Source: Nitrospinales bacterium
GTDB taxonomy: Bacteria; Nitrospinota; Nitrospinia; Nitrospinales; VA-1
Direction: 5' to 3'
Assembly: GCA_965223345.1 (NCBI GenBank)
Contig: CBDCWG010000012.1
Span: 704,001 to 768,000, forward strand
Length of the DNA: 64,000 nucleotides
Shown here: positions 1 to 8,799 of the stretch, in pieces
How the letters are laid out: each line of letters opens with the position of its first letter
Numbering within the stretch: position 1 is the stretch's first letter
Position numbers and translations under genes: made by a program
The notes under the pieces: model-generated
The model's input: the letters and a program-made list of their open reading frames with translations, nothing else
What the model was told of the DNA's origin: nothing
Databases searched by the model: none

Positions 1-42
1 AAGAATAACAAGCAGTGCAGAAAAAAGGAGGGTCTGTTTCAT
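1..42 (-). CDS. 5' end of a probable exported protein (continues off the left edge)
   Basis: The reverse complement from 42 reads ATG AAA CAG ACC CTC... = MKQTLLFSALLVIL, a signal-peptide-like start; not in the ORF track. Confidence 0.5.
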   Translation of the reverse strand, partial: MKQTLLFSALLVIL

Positions 43-63
43 GATTCAGTCCGTTGAAAAGTG

Positions 64-96
64 AAAAAAAAGGGGCCAACCATCCTGGTTGGCCCC
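64..96 (-). terminator. Rho-independent terminator after the paralog pair
   Basis: Perfect 11-bp stem GGGGCCAACCA-tcc-TGGTTGGCCCC (72-96), followed on the minus strand by T8. Confidence 0.85.
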
Positions 97-122
97 GACA
101 AAAGAGTGAAACTAAAAAAACA

Positions 123-764
123 TCAGTTGATGCCGCGGCCGGAGCCTGTGAAGTTGGTGTCGGCATCGGGAACTGCCCCAGATGCCGCAGTGGAGTCATG
201 CGCATCACCGATGAACTCCATGGCGAATCCCGTTCCGCTTGAGGGAATGAACACGACCCCCCACATATTGAGCTGGGAGAGGTTGTCGTATTTGAGTGTT
301 GAACCGACAGTGGTCGCCGTGCCGGGTGCTTCATTGATGCCTACGATCCTCACGTTTCCGAATTGGGCCGAATCCACAGTGGTGATGAGATGCGTGCGGG
401 AGTCGGTGAAGTTGGAATTGGAGGAATTGATCGAGGTATTGGATTGATCGACGACGAAAATCCGGTGGGTTTCGCCGGCATCGATCGTGAAGCTGGTTGA
501 CCTGCCTGCTGCGTTATTGGGGACGGTGGTCATATCCAGCACTTCCAGTACCAGACCGATCTGAGTCAATGCGGTGTCCAGCGAAGGGTGGCTGATGCCG
601 ATGAAGGTGTAACTGTCGTTGGGCACCACCTGGGCGTAGGGTGAGATGGCTACCCGGGCACTGTCGGTTGTATTCGGTGCCGATAATACCTGAGCCTGTG
701 CGATTCCGGCGAATGCCGCAAACCCCAGCAGGGCGAGCATACTGGTAGTGAAAAATTTTCTCAT
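123..764 (-). CDS. Secreted protein of unknown function (paralog A)
   Basis: ATG at 764 behind an AAGGAG RBS; Sec signal peptide ending AQA-Q; Ser/Thr-rich; shares motifs with 840..1433. Confidence 0.85.
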   Translation of the reverse strand: MRKFFTTSMLALLGFAAFAGIAQAQVLSAPNTTDSARVAISPYAQVVPNDSYTFIGISHPSLDTALTQIGLVLEVLDMTTVPNNAAGRSTSFTIDAGETHRIFVVDQSNTSINSSNSNFTDSRTHLITTVDSAQFGNVRIVGINEAPGTATTVGSTLKYDNLSQLNMWGVVFIPSSGTGFAMEFIGDAHDSTAASGAVPDADTNFTGSGRGIN

Positions 765-839
765 CGGTCGTTCTCCTTTATCCTTAAATATATGCAGAGT
801 CCCGCATATTTGAGTTTGGTTTCGTTCCATATTTAGCTT

Positions 840-1433
840 TTACGGTGCACCCACACCACTGACGCCGGTAGAAGCTGATGCGCCGAACGAACGCATGCTG
901 TCATGCGCATCGCCGATGAATTCCATGGCAAAGCCTGTGGTGTTGGTTTCGATGACCACCGCTCCCCAGTAAGACAGCATGGTGACGTCTCTGAACCCAT
1001 CGCCATCGGTGGTTCCGGTTTTGAATCCCGGAGTCGTGGCCACAGGATCGATACGCACATGGCCGTGCTGGAAGTCGGTACTGCCTGCAATGAAGTTGGC
1101 TGTGGAGATGTTCGTGGGGTTGATGGTGGAATCGTTGGTTCCGACGATGAACACTCTTTGTGTATTGCCAGCAGAAACTGTAAAACTGGTGGCCGAACCG
1201 AAGGTTCCCTGGTCGTTTTCTATGGCGGTCACCGTCACACCGATCGCTGATGCCATACCGGAAAGGGATGGGTGCGTTACTGCGATGAAGGAATAAGAGG
1301 TGCTATCAGATTGCCAATAAGGTGAGACGACACGACTTTTGTTTTCTATGGCGATCGCATTTTCCGCGCTCATCGCAAAGAATGCCAAAATCGCGAGGGC
1401 CGGGAAAATCCGCGTAATGAGCTTGGTTTTCAT
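840..1433 (-). CDS. Secreted protein of unknown function (paralog B)
   Basis: AGGAG RBS; signal peptide; shares SPY, HPSL and GFAMEFIGDAHDS with 123..764. Confidence 0.85.
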   Translation of the reverse strand: MKTKLITRIFPALAILAFFAMSAENAIAIENKSRVVSPYWQSDSTSYSFIAVTHPSLSGMASAIGVTVTAIENDQGTFGSATSFTVSAGNTQRVFIVGTNDSTINPTNISTANFIAGSTDFQHGHVRIDPVATTPGFKTGTTDGDGFRDVTMLSYWGAVVIETNTTGFAMEFIGDAHDSMRSFGASASTGVSGVGAP

Positions 1434-1884
1434 TATGTTTGACTCCTATATATTCAAAGTGAAATTGGTTGCTTGATTTGGCGTTTTGCTGCGATTTCGG
1501 TTTTGGCGTTCACCCCCTTCCGGTTCGATTCGTCATTGTTCCGCATTAAAACGGCCTTTATGATTTGTTCTCAAAAAGCCGGGAAATATAATTTTCATAA
1601 TGCTTTATAGCTCCAATAAATCCCCGCCATTTTAATAAATTTGTTAAAACTATATATCAACAATGTATTATAATCTAAATCTTTGACGATTTTTATTAAA
1701 ATCGTTGGATTTTCGTGGATTGAGGCGCATTGAGCGTTCCCGGTGTCCTCTTCAAGGCAGTAAAAAGGGGAGGAACACAACCCACCAATAAGGGTATCGG
1801 AAGAGTTCTTGTTTTCTTGAGCTTTATGAAAGGAACGCTCATAGATGCGGGAAAGGGAAATTCGTCCAAACCTGCAAGGTTTTA

Positions 1885-1913
1885 TTGTGAAATTTGTCGC
1901 ATTTTGTTATAAT
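1885..1913 (+). promoter_or_regulatory. Putative sigma70 promoter of the pilus operon
   Basis: TTGTGA-N17-TATAAT with an extended -10 TG, about 45 bp before ATG 1958. Confidence 0.55.
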
Positions 1914-1957
1914 TTTTATTATCAAAAAGTTCCTAACTAAATGAAAGTTAATTAGTT

Positions 1958-2755
1958 ATGAGATATAAGACGTCTAAGTCGCCCAGGCAGGGTTTTTGGA
2001 GAGGCGGGTTGTATGCGCTTATTTTAGCGGGATTTTTATCCGGTTGCGCTTCCGCGGAAAAGGGCGCAAACGATGAAAAAGCCTTGGCTCAAGCCAAGTT
2101 TCAGGAGGGGTTGGAGCAGGGGGCCTTGAACAACCGCCAGGAAATGATCGCGCGATTTCAGGAGGCAGTGGACCTGGATCCACAAAACGATCGCTACCGG
2201 CTGCATCTTGGAACCGCTTTTTTTCTTGCCGGGGATCTCGAGCGTTCGGAACAGGAGCTGCAGCACACTCTCAAGATCAACAAAAATTCGAAAGACGCGT
2301 ACCGGCAACTGGGCCGGCTTTACATGCAGAAAGAGGACTGGGCGCGTGCGGTGAAGTATTTCAATGAGGATCTCAAGCGGCCCGGAACACCGCTGCCGCA
2401 CCGGGTCTACAATTGGCTGGCTTTGAGCTATTACAATCAGGGGAAATTTGAAGACGCGGAAAGGGTGTGGCTCAAAGCAATCGATCTCAAAGACAACGCC
2501 GCGATCCGTCTCAACCTGGCCCTGGCTTACAAGGACCGGGAGAAATTCGACGAAGCGTTGGTGTCCCTTAAAAGAGCGGTTTCTCTCAATCCGCAATTTC
2601 CGCAGGCCCATTACGAATTGTCGCAGCTGCTCATCCGCAACAAACAGATGGAAGAGGCGATCAAACATTTTCAGGAAGTCATTCGGCTGGCGCCGGGCAG
2701 TGAATGGTCCCAGCTTTCCAAGGAATATTTAGAATTGATTCGAGGATCGAAATAA
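1958..2755 (+). CDS. TPR lipoprotein, PilF/PilW/Tgl-like pilotin
   Basis: Lipobox LSGC, multiple TPRs, placed before RodZ-like and pil genes. Confidence 0.7.
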   Translation: MRYKTSKSPRQGFWRGGLYALILAGFLSGCASAEKGANDEKALAQAKFQEGLEQGALNNRQEMIARFQEAVDLDPQNDRYRLHLGTAFFLAGDLERSEQELQHTLKINKNSKDAYRQLGRLYMQKEDWARAVKYFNEDLKRPGTPLPHRVYNWLALSYYNQGKFEDAERVWLKAIDLKDNAAIRLNLALAYKDREKFDEALVSLKRAVSLNPQFPQAHYELSQLLIRNKQMEEAIKHFQEVIRLAPGSEWSQLSKEYLELIRGSK

Positions 2756-2760
2756 GCGTC

Positions 2761-4119
2761 ATGGTGGATAATTTCGGACAATTTTTAAAGCACGAAAGAG
2801 AGCTTCGCGGTGTTCCTCTCGAGGAGATCGCCGGAGCGACCAAGATTCATATCCGTTTCCTGCAGGCTCTGGAGGACAACCAGTTCGATGCGCTGCCGGG
2901 GGAGGTCTTTGTCAAAGGGTATCTCCGGTCGTATGCGAAAGCGATCGGTTACGACGCTCAGGACCTGTTGCGGGCCTACGACAACTTTTTGGGTAAAAGC
3001 CAAACCGGGGCGCAGGCCGAGGCGTCCCCTTCCAGGAGAAAAAAAGCGGCGCCGAAACCGTGGATGATCGGCGGAGCTTTGGCTGCGGGCGTGGCGCTGG
3101 CTTTCATGATGTTTGCGAGGACCGGCGAGGATGACAAGCAGGAAGCGGCCGATTCTTCACCGGCCGTGATGGCGGAAAACACGGCTAACGATGCGGTTGA
3201 ATCCCCTCCGGTTTTGACCCTCAAAGAAAAAATTCTGGAAACCGTCGATGAAAAGCCGGATGCCTCACCAAAAAAAAGTCAGCCAAAGCAAGCCGAGAAA
3301 AAGAAAGCCGAGAAAGCGGTGAAAAAAAACGCGGCCCCCGAGGTGAAAGAACCGAAGCCGAAAGAGGCCACGGCTCAAAAACCGGATTCCGGTAAGACGC
3401 TCGTGAAGAAAAAAGCGGAGGTCGCCGCAGCCCCGCAACCAAAGACGAAGCCGGAAAAAAAACAGGACCTGAAAGCACAGGAAAAAAAAGATCCTGAGCC
3501 GAAAAAGCAGCCGGTCGAGAAGAAGGCCGAACCGCAGAAAAAGGCGGAGCCCAAGCCCGCAGAACTCAATACGGCGGCCCTCAAACCTCCGCAAGAACTC
3601 CAGGTGATTCGGCAGGCCGAAGAAAAAGTGACGGCGCCCATCAAGAATCCCGCCTCCTCCCCGGTCGCCGGGCAGGATGAGACCGAATCCTCTGTGAAAG
3701 CGCCGGTGTCGGACCCGGAGCCGGAAAACACCCCTCCAGAAACCCCGATAGAATCGCAAGTAACGGAAAAAAATTCCGATTCGGATGAAAAAGAGGTTAT
3801 AATTCAATCTGTTGCAGATAATTTCGCCGTCGTAGGCTCCGTCGCGGAAGCACCGGAAATCGAGGAAAAATCTTTGCATTTGATCATTCAGGTGCAGGGC
3901 AATTCCTGGTTCAATCTGGCGGTGGACGGCAAGCCGGAGGAGGATTTCATCCTTCCTGGGGGAACTTCAAAAAGCTTTTACGGGAACGATAAATTCCGTG
4001 TGACGATAGGCAACCGGCGCGGGACCCAGTTGTTTTTGAACGGTCAGGCGCTGGATATCCCGTCGAGTTCGGGCGATGTCGTGCGGGATTTCGAAATCAC
4101 ATCCCAATTCCTGGAATGA
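2761..4119 (+). CDS. RodZ-like protein (HTH, TM helix, long K/P/E linker, C-terminal DUF4115-like domain)
   Basis: N-terminal GQFLKHERELRGVPLEEIA...VFVKGYLRSYA; one TM helix; C-terminal WF...RVTIGN...LFLNG. Confidence 0.8.
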   Translation: MVDNFGQFLKHERELRGVPLEEIAGATKIHIRFLQALEDNQFDALPGEVFVKGYLRSYAKAIGYDAQDLLRAYDNFLGKSQTGAQAEASPSRRKKAAPKPWMIGGALAAGVALAFMMFARTGEDDKQEAADSSPAVMAENTANDAVESPPVLTLKEKILETVDEKPDASPKKSQPKQAEKKKAEKAVKKNAAPEVKEPKPKEATAQKPDSGKTLVKKKAEVAAAPQPKTKPEKKQDLKAQEKKDPEPKKQPVEKKAEPQKKAEPKPAELNTAALKPPQELQVIRQAEEKVTAPIKNPASSPVAGQDETESSVKAPVSDPEPENTPPETPIESQVTEKNSDSDEKEVIIQSVADNFAVVGSVAEAPEIEEKSLHLIIQVQGNSWFNLAVDGKPEEDFILPGGTSKSFYGNDKFRVTIGNRRGTQLFLNGQALDIPSSSGDVVRDFEITSQFLE

Positions 4120-4122
4120 GAC

Positions 4123-5196
4123 ATGGCAAAAATCGACGCTTTTTTTAAGCTGATGAACGAGCAGGGCGCCTCGGACTTGCACCTGGTTGCGGGCTCGCAG
4201 CCGGTGCTGCGCGTGCATGGCGACATGGAGCGGGTCAAATACAAGGTCTTCGGCAACGACGACTTGAAGTCGATTCTCTACGAGATCGCGCCGGAAGACA
4301 AGATCAAGCTCTTCGAAGAGACCGGCGACATCGACTTCGCCTACGAGATTCCCAACCTGGCCCGCTACCGCGCCAACTATTTTCAGCAGAAATGGGGCAT
4401 CGGCGCGGTGTTCCGGGAAATTCCGAGTGAAATCCTCACCGCCGAACAGTTGGGGCTGCCCTCGGTCATCACCAAACTGTCGATGCTGCACAAGGGGATG
4501 GTGCTGGTCACCGGGCCGACCGGTTCCGGCAAGTCCACCACACTGGCGTCGATGATCGATTTCATCAACAAAAATAAAAAGAGCCATATCATCACCATCG
4601 AAGATCCGGTGGAATTCGTGCATAAAAACCAGAACTGTATCATCAACCACCGGGAAGTCGGGATTCACACCCAGGGTTTCAAATCGGCGCTCAGAGGCGC
4701 GCTGCGTGAAGATCCGGACATCATCCTGGTCGGTGAGATGCGGGATCTGGAAACGATCGAGCTGGCATTGGAAGCGGCTTCCACCGGCCATCTGGTGTTC
4801 GGAACCCTGCATACCCAAAGCGCGGCCAAAACCATCGACCGTGTGATCGACGTGTTTCCGGCGCATCAGCAGCCGCAGATTCGGACCACCCTTTCGGAGA
4901 CGCTCAAGGGGGTCGTGGCGCAGAACCTGTTCAAGCGGATCGATAAAAAGGGCCGCATGGCGGTGCTGGAAGTGCTGGTCGTGACGCCTGCGGTTTCGAA
5001 CCTGATCCGCGAAGGAAAGACCTTTCAGATCCCCTCGGCGATTCAGACCGGAAAGAAATACGGAATGCAGTCGATCGACGACGCGATTCTGGAAGCTTTG
5101 AACGGGAAAAAGATTAGCGCGGAAGACGCTTACGAAAAATCGATCGTCAAGGAGCGGTTCATTCCGTTCCTGAAGAAAACCCCTGAATTCATTTAA
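4123..5196 (+). CDS. pilT: Type IV pilus retraction ATPase PilT
   Basis: ASDLHL, Walker A GPTGSGKST, TIEDPVE, LREDPDIILVGEMRD, GHLVFGTLHT, NLIREGK. Confidence 0.93.
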   Translation: MAKIDAFFKLMNEQGASDLHLVAGSQPVLRVHGDMERVKYKVFGNDDLKSILYEIAPEDKIKLFEETGDIDFAYEIPNLARYRANYFQQKWGIGAVFREIPSEILTAEQLGLPSVITKLSMLHKGMVLVTGPTGSGKSTTLASMIDFINKNKKSHIITIEDPVEFVHKNQNCIINHREVGIHTQGFKSALRGALREDPDIILVGEMRDLETIELALEAASTGHLVFGTLHTQSAAKTIDRVIDVFPAHQQPQIRTTLSETLKGVVAQNLFKRIDKKGRMAVLEVLVVTPAVSNLIREGKTFQIPSAIQTGKKYGMQSIDDAILEALNGKKISAEDAYEKSIVKERFIPFLKKTPEFI

Positions 5197-5208
5197 AGCG
5201 ACCTCAAC

Positions 5209-6378
5209 ATGAAAAAAGCCGAAATCGATCACATTCTGACTTCGATGCTGGAGTCGTACAGCAACATCTCCGACCTCAATGTCACGGCGGGAAAAGCGTT
5301 TCAGGTGGAATCCTCCGGCGAATTGACCGACGTTCCCCTGGTGCCGCCCATTCCGGAGATCACGCCGTTTCAGGCGGAAGTGTTCGCGCTCAATCTCATC
5401 AATTCCGACCGCAGGCTGACCGAAACGCTGATCCGGGAAGGTTCCTGCGACTGCTCCTATTTCCTGGTGGGCAAGGTCCGTTTCCGTGTGAATATTTTCT
5501 CGCAGCGGGGGCACTACAGCATCGTGATGCGAAAACTGGAAACGCGCATCCCCTCAATCGAGGATCTGAATCATCCGCCGCAGTTTGCCAAGGCCGCGGA
5601 CGAAAAGAACGGGCTGATTCTGGTCACGGGAGCCACGGGTTCCGGTAAGTCCACCACGCTGGCTTCGCTGCTCAACAAGATCAACGCCGAAAAATCGATC
5701 CACATCATCACTCTGGAAGATCCGGTGGAATTTGTGCACCCGCACAAGAAATCGACGTTCAACCAGCGGGAGCTGGGGAGCGATTTCGACGTGTTTTCCA
5801 CGGGGCTTCGCGCCGCACTGCGGCAGGCGCCGAAAGTCATTCTGGTGGGTGAGATGCGCGACCGGGAAACGGTGGAGATCGGCATGAGCGCCGCGGAAAC
5901 CGGTCACCTTGTGATGAGCACTCTGCATACGGTTGACGCGGGACAGACGATCAACCGCATCGTGGGTATGTTCCCCAAAGAAGAAGAGCAGCAGATACGC
6001 ATCCGGCTGGCCGATTCGCTGCGCTGGATCATCTCGCAGCGGCTACTCCCAAAAGTAGGGGGCGGAAGGATTGCGCTGCTGGAAATCATGTCCACCAGTC
6101 TGCGCGTCAAGGACACCATCGTCAACGGAGAATCGGAAGGCAAGACGTTCTACGACATCATCTCGGAGGGGAAACCCTACGGCATGTGGACGTTCGATCA
6201 GCATATTCTGGAACTCTACAAAGAAGGCAAGATCACGGAAGAAACCGCCATGGCCTACGCTTCCAGAAAAGCCATCGTCGGACGCGGCATCGACACCTTC
6301 AAGGCCTCGAAAGGTGAAAAGACCACCGACATCGAGGAGCTGATCATGGACGAAGATTACGAAGAGCAGCTCAAGTAA
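5209..6378 (+). CDS. PilT/PilU-family type IV pilus ATPase
   Basis: GATGSGKST, TLEDPVE, LRQAPKVILVGEMRD, GHLVMSTLHT; tandem with pilT. Confidence 0.88.
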   Translation: MKKAEIDHILTSMLESYSNISDLNVTAGKAFQVESSGELTDVPLVPPIPEITPFQAEVFALNLINSDRRLTETLIREGSCDCSYFLVGKVRFRVNIFSQRGHYSIVMRKLETRIPSIEDLNHPPQFAKAADEKNGLILVTGATGSGKSTTLASLLNKINAEKSIHIITLEDPVEFVHPHKKSTFNQRELGSDFDVFSTGLRAALRQAPKVILVGEMRDRETVEIGMSAAETGHLVMSTLHTVDAGQTINRIVGMFPKEEEQQIRIRLADSLRWIISQRLLPKVGGGRIALLEIMSTSLRVKDTIVNGESEGKTFYDIISEGKPYGMWTFDQHILELYKEGKITEETAMAYASRKAIVGRGIDTFKASKGEKTTDIEELIMDEDYEEQLK

Positions 6379-6402
6379 CCCGAATACGATTGAGGAGACG
6401 CG

Positions 6403-7098
6403 ATGATTGTCAAATGCACCGGGTGTGAGCAGGGCATCAACATTCCCGATGACAAAATGCCCAAGGGGCGGGCTTTTTCCATTTCCTGTCCCGGCTGCCG
6501 CGCCAAAGTGCGGGTGGACCCGCCGGAGCCGGAACCCGAAGCCACGGTGGATGTGTCTGTAGACACGACTCCCGAGCCCGAACCGGAAAAGCCGCAGGTG
6601 GAAGCTCCCGGAATCGTCCTGACTTCGGAGTTCGATGACGACGAAGAGGATGAACTGGTCATCTACGATGACAACGATCATCTGGCCCTGGTGTTGGATG
6701 AGACCCACATGACGGTTTGGACCGATGCGTTGGAGGAGCGGGGATTCAAGGTGCAAAAAGCGAAATCTCCGGACCATGCGGTTCATAAAATGAAATTCAC
6801 GCATTTTCACTTTGTGGTCCTGCATGAGAATTACGGGGGTGTTCCGTTTCAAAAAAATCCCGTCTATCAAACTCTGACGCAGATGGAGATGAGCATCCGC
6901 CGCAATATCTTTTTCGGGTTGATCGGATCGCAGTTTAAGACTTTGAACAACATGGAAGCGTACGCTCACAGTGTGAACGTGGTTATCAATGAAAAGGATC
7001 TGGACAAGCTGCCTCAAATCATAAAGAAATCGTATACGGAATATGAGGGGCTCTACAAGGTTTTCAAAGAATCCTTGCACGCCATGGGGAAAGCATGA
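6403..7098 (+). CDS. Zinc-ribbon domain protein with a degenerate receiver-like C-terminus
   Basis: N-terminal CTGC...CPGC, acidic Pro-rich linker, alpha/beta C-terminal domain. Confidence 0.7.
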   Translation: MIVKCTGCEQGINIPDDKMPKGRAFSISCPGCRAKVRVDPPEPEPEATVDVSVDTTPEPEPEKPQVEAPGIVLTSEFDDDEEDELVIYDDNDHLALVLDETHMTVWTDALEERGFKVQKAKSPDHAVHKMKFTHFHFVVLHENYGGVPFQKNPVYQTLTQMEMSIRRNIFFGLIGSQFKTLNNMEAYAHSVNVVINEKDLDKLPQIIKKSYTEYEGLYKVFKESLHAMGKA

Positions 7099-7505
7099 AT
7101 CTGCTTAGAGAAGCATCGATCGTCCAGCGTTTTTCCAACGGGGACGTCATCATTTCCGAAGGCATCATCAGCAACAATGCCTATATCGTGCTCACGGGCA
7201 AGGTCCGCATCACCAAGAAAATCGACAACAAGACCGTGGTGATCGGAACTTTGAGCGAAGGCAACGTGTTCGGGGAAATGGGGCTGATCTCCAATGCCGT
7301 TCGCAGTGCTTCGGTGACGGCTGTGGGAGAGGTGACGGTCGGTTTTATCGATAAGGAAAAATTCAGCCAGATCCTGGGCACCCTGCCTGAGGATTTGCGG
7401 GCGATCATCGAGGCTCTGGTGCATCGATTGCGCAGCACCACGGAGATGCTCACGAAAATCGGGTCGGAACTGGAAAACACCCGAAAAAGTCTTAAACCGA
7501 TGTGA
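7095..7505 (+). CDS. Cyclic nucleotide-binding domain protein
   Basis: GDVIISEG, YIVLTGKV, FGEMGL, RSASVTA; no HTH. Confidence 0.88.
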   Translation: MNLLREASIVQRFSNGDVIISEGIISNNAYIVLTGKVRITKKIDNKTVVIGTLSEGNVFGEMGLISNAVRSASVTAVGEVTVGFIDKEKFSQILGTLPEDLRAIIEALVHRLRSTTEMLTKIGSELENTRKSLKPM

Positions 7506-7537
7506 CTTGATTTCATACCGATATAAAGGAACTTCCC

Positions 7538-8737
7538 GTGCCAACGTTTACTTACAAAACCAAAATCAAAGGCCAGATCAAAAAAGGTGTCGTCGATGCG
7601 GAAGACGAGAAAGCCGCCCTTGCGAAGCTCAAGTCGCAGAATATCCGCGTCACCTCCCTGAGCAAGAAAGCGGGCGACATCGTTTTATTCGGCTCCAAAG
7701 GCAAAAAAATCACGGGACGCGATATCGTCATCTTCACACGGCAGTTTTCCACCATGGTGGACGCCGGACTTCCCCTGGTGCAGTGCCTCGATATCCTGGG
7801 TAAGCAAACGGAAAACAAAACGCTGGGAGAAGTCGTTCTTCAGGTCAAAGGCAATATCGAAAAGGGAAGCGACCTTTCCGATTCGATGCGCAAACACCCC
7901 AAGGTGTTCGACAATCTTTACTGCAACCTGGTGGAGGCGGGTGAGGCCGGCGGTATTCTCGACACGATTCTCAAAAGACTGGCCGAGTACATCGAAAAAG
8001 CCGAGAGCCTCAAGAAAAAAGTCAAATCCGCCATGGTTTATCCGGGGGTCATCGTCACCGTTGCGGTGGGTGTGGTGGCTTTCCTGATGATTTTCGTCAT
8101 TCCCGCATTCGCTTCCCTGTTCGACAACAGCGGGGCGGATCTGCCCGGCCCCACCCAGATCGTCATGGATGTCAGTCATCTGTTTCGAACCAAATGGTAT
8201 TACATGCTGGGCGGCCTGGTGGCCTTTATTTTTCTGTTCAAAAAGATCTATTCCACGGAACGGGGGCGCTTTGAAATTGACCGCCTCGCCCTGAAGGTGC
8301 CGGTCGTCGGCGTTTTGATCCGCAAGGTTTCGGTGGCCAAGTTCACGCGCACACTGGGTACGCTGATCGCGAGCGGCGTTCCCTTGATCGAGGGACTGGA
8401 AATCTGCGCCCGTACCTCCGGCAACAAAATCGTCGAGCGCGCCGTGTTCAACACCATCGAAGCGATCAAGGAAGGTGAAAGCATCGCCGCACCTCTGTCG
8501 CGCGAATCCATATTCCCACCCATGGTGATCCAGATGATCGACGTCGGTGAAAACTCGGGATCCCTGGACGCCATGTGTACCAAAATTGCGGATTTCTACG
8601 ATGAAGAGGTGGACGCGGCGGTAGCTGCCCTGACCTCCCTGCTCGAACCCATGCTGATGGTTTTTCTGGGCATCGTTGTCGGATTCATCGTCGTTGCCAT
8701 GTACCTTCCCATTTTCAAAATGGGAGAAGCGATCTGA
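7538..8737 (+). CDS. pilC: Type IV pilus inner-membrane platform protein PilC (GspF family)
   Basis: FTRQFSTMVDAGLPL, GEAGGILD, AMVYP, MYLPIF. Confidence 0.93.
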   Translation: MPTFTYKTKIKGQIKKGVVDAEDEKAALAKLKSQNIRVTSLSKKAGDIVLFGSKGKKITGRDIVIFTRQFSTMVDAGLPLVQCLDILGKQTENKTLGEVVLQVKGNIEKGSDLSDSMRKHPKVFDNLYCNLVEAGEAGGILDTILKRLAEYIEKAESLKKKVKSAMVYPGVIVTVAVGVVAFLMIFVIPAFASLFDNSGADLPGPTQIVMDVSHLFRTKWYYMLGGLVAFIFLFKKIYSTERGRFEIDRLALKVPVVGVLIRKVSVAKFTRTLGTLIASGVPLIEGLEICARTSGNKIVERAVFNTIEAIKEGESIAAPLSRESIFPPMVIQMIDVGENSGSLDAMCTKIADFYDEEVDAAVAALTSLLEPMLMVFLGIVVGFIVVAMYLPIFKMGEAI

Positions 8738-8799
8738 CGCTCTTTGGGGCTGTGCCAGCCCCGAAGGTTGCCATCACGAAACATCAGCGCGCAAGCTCC

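Noticed and set aside
123..1433. The secreted paralogs as type IV pilins
   Set aside because: They have Sec-type signal peptides and no class III G|FxxxE prepilin motif
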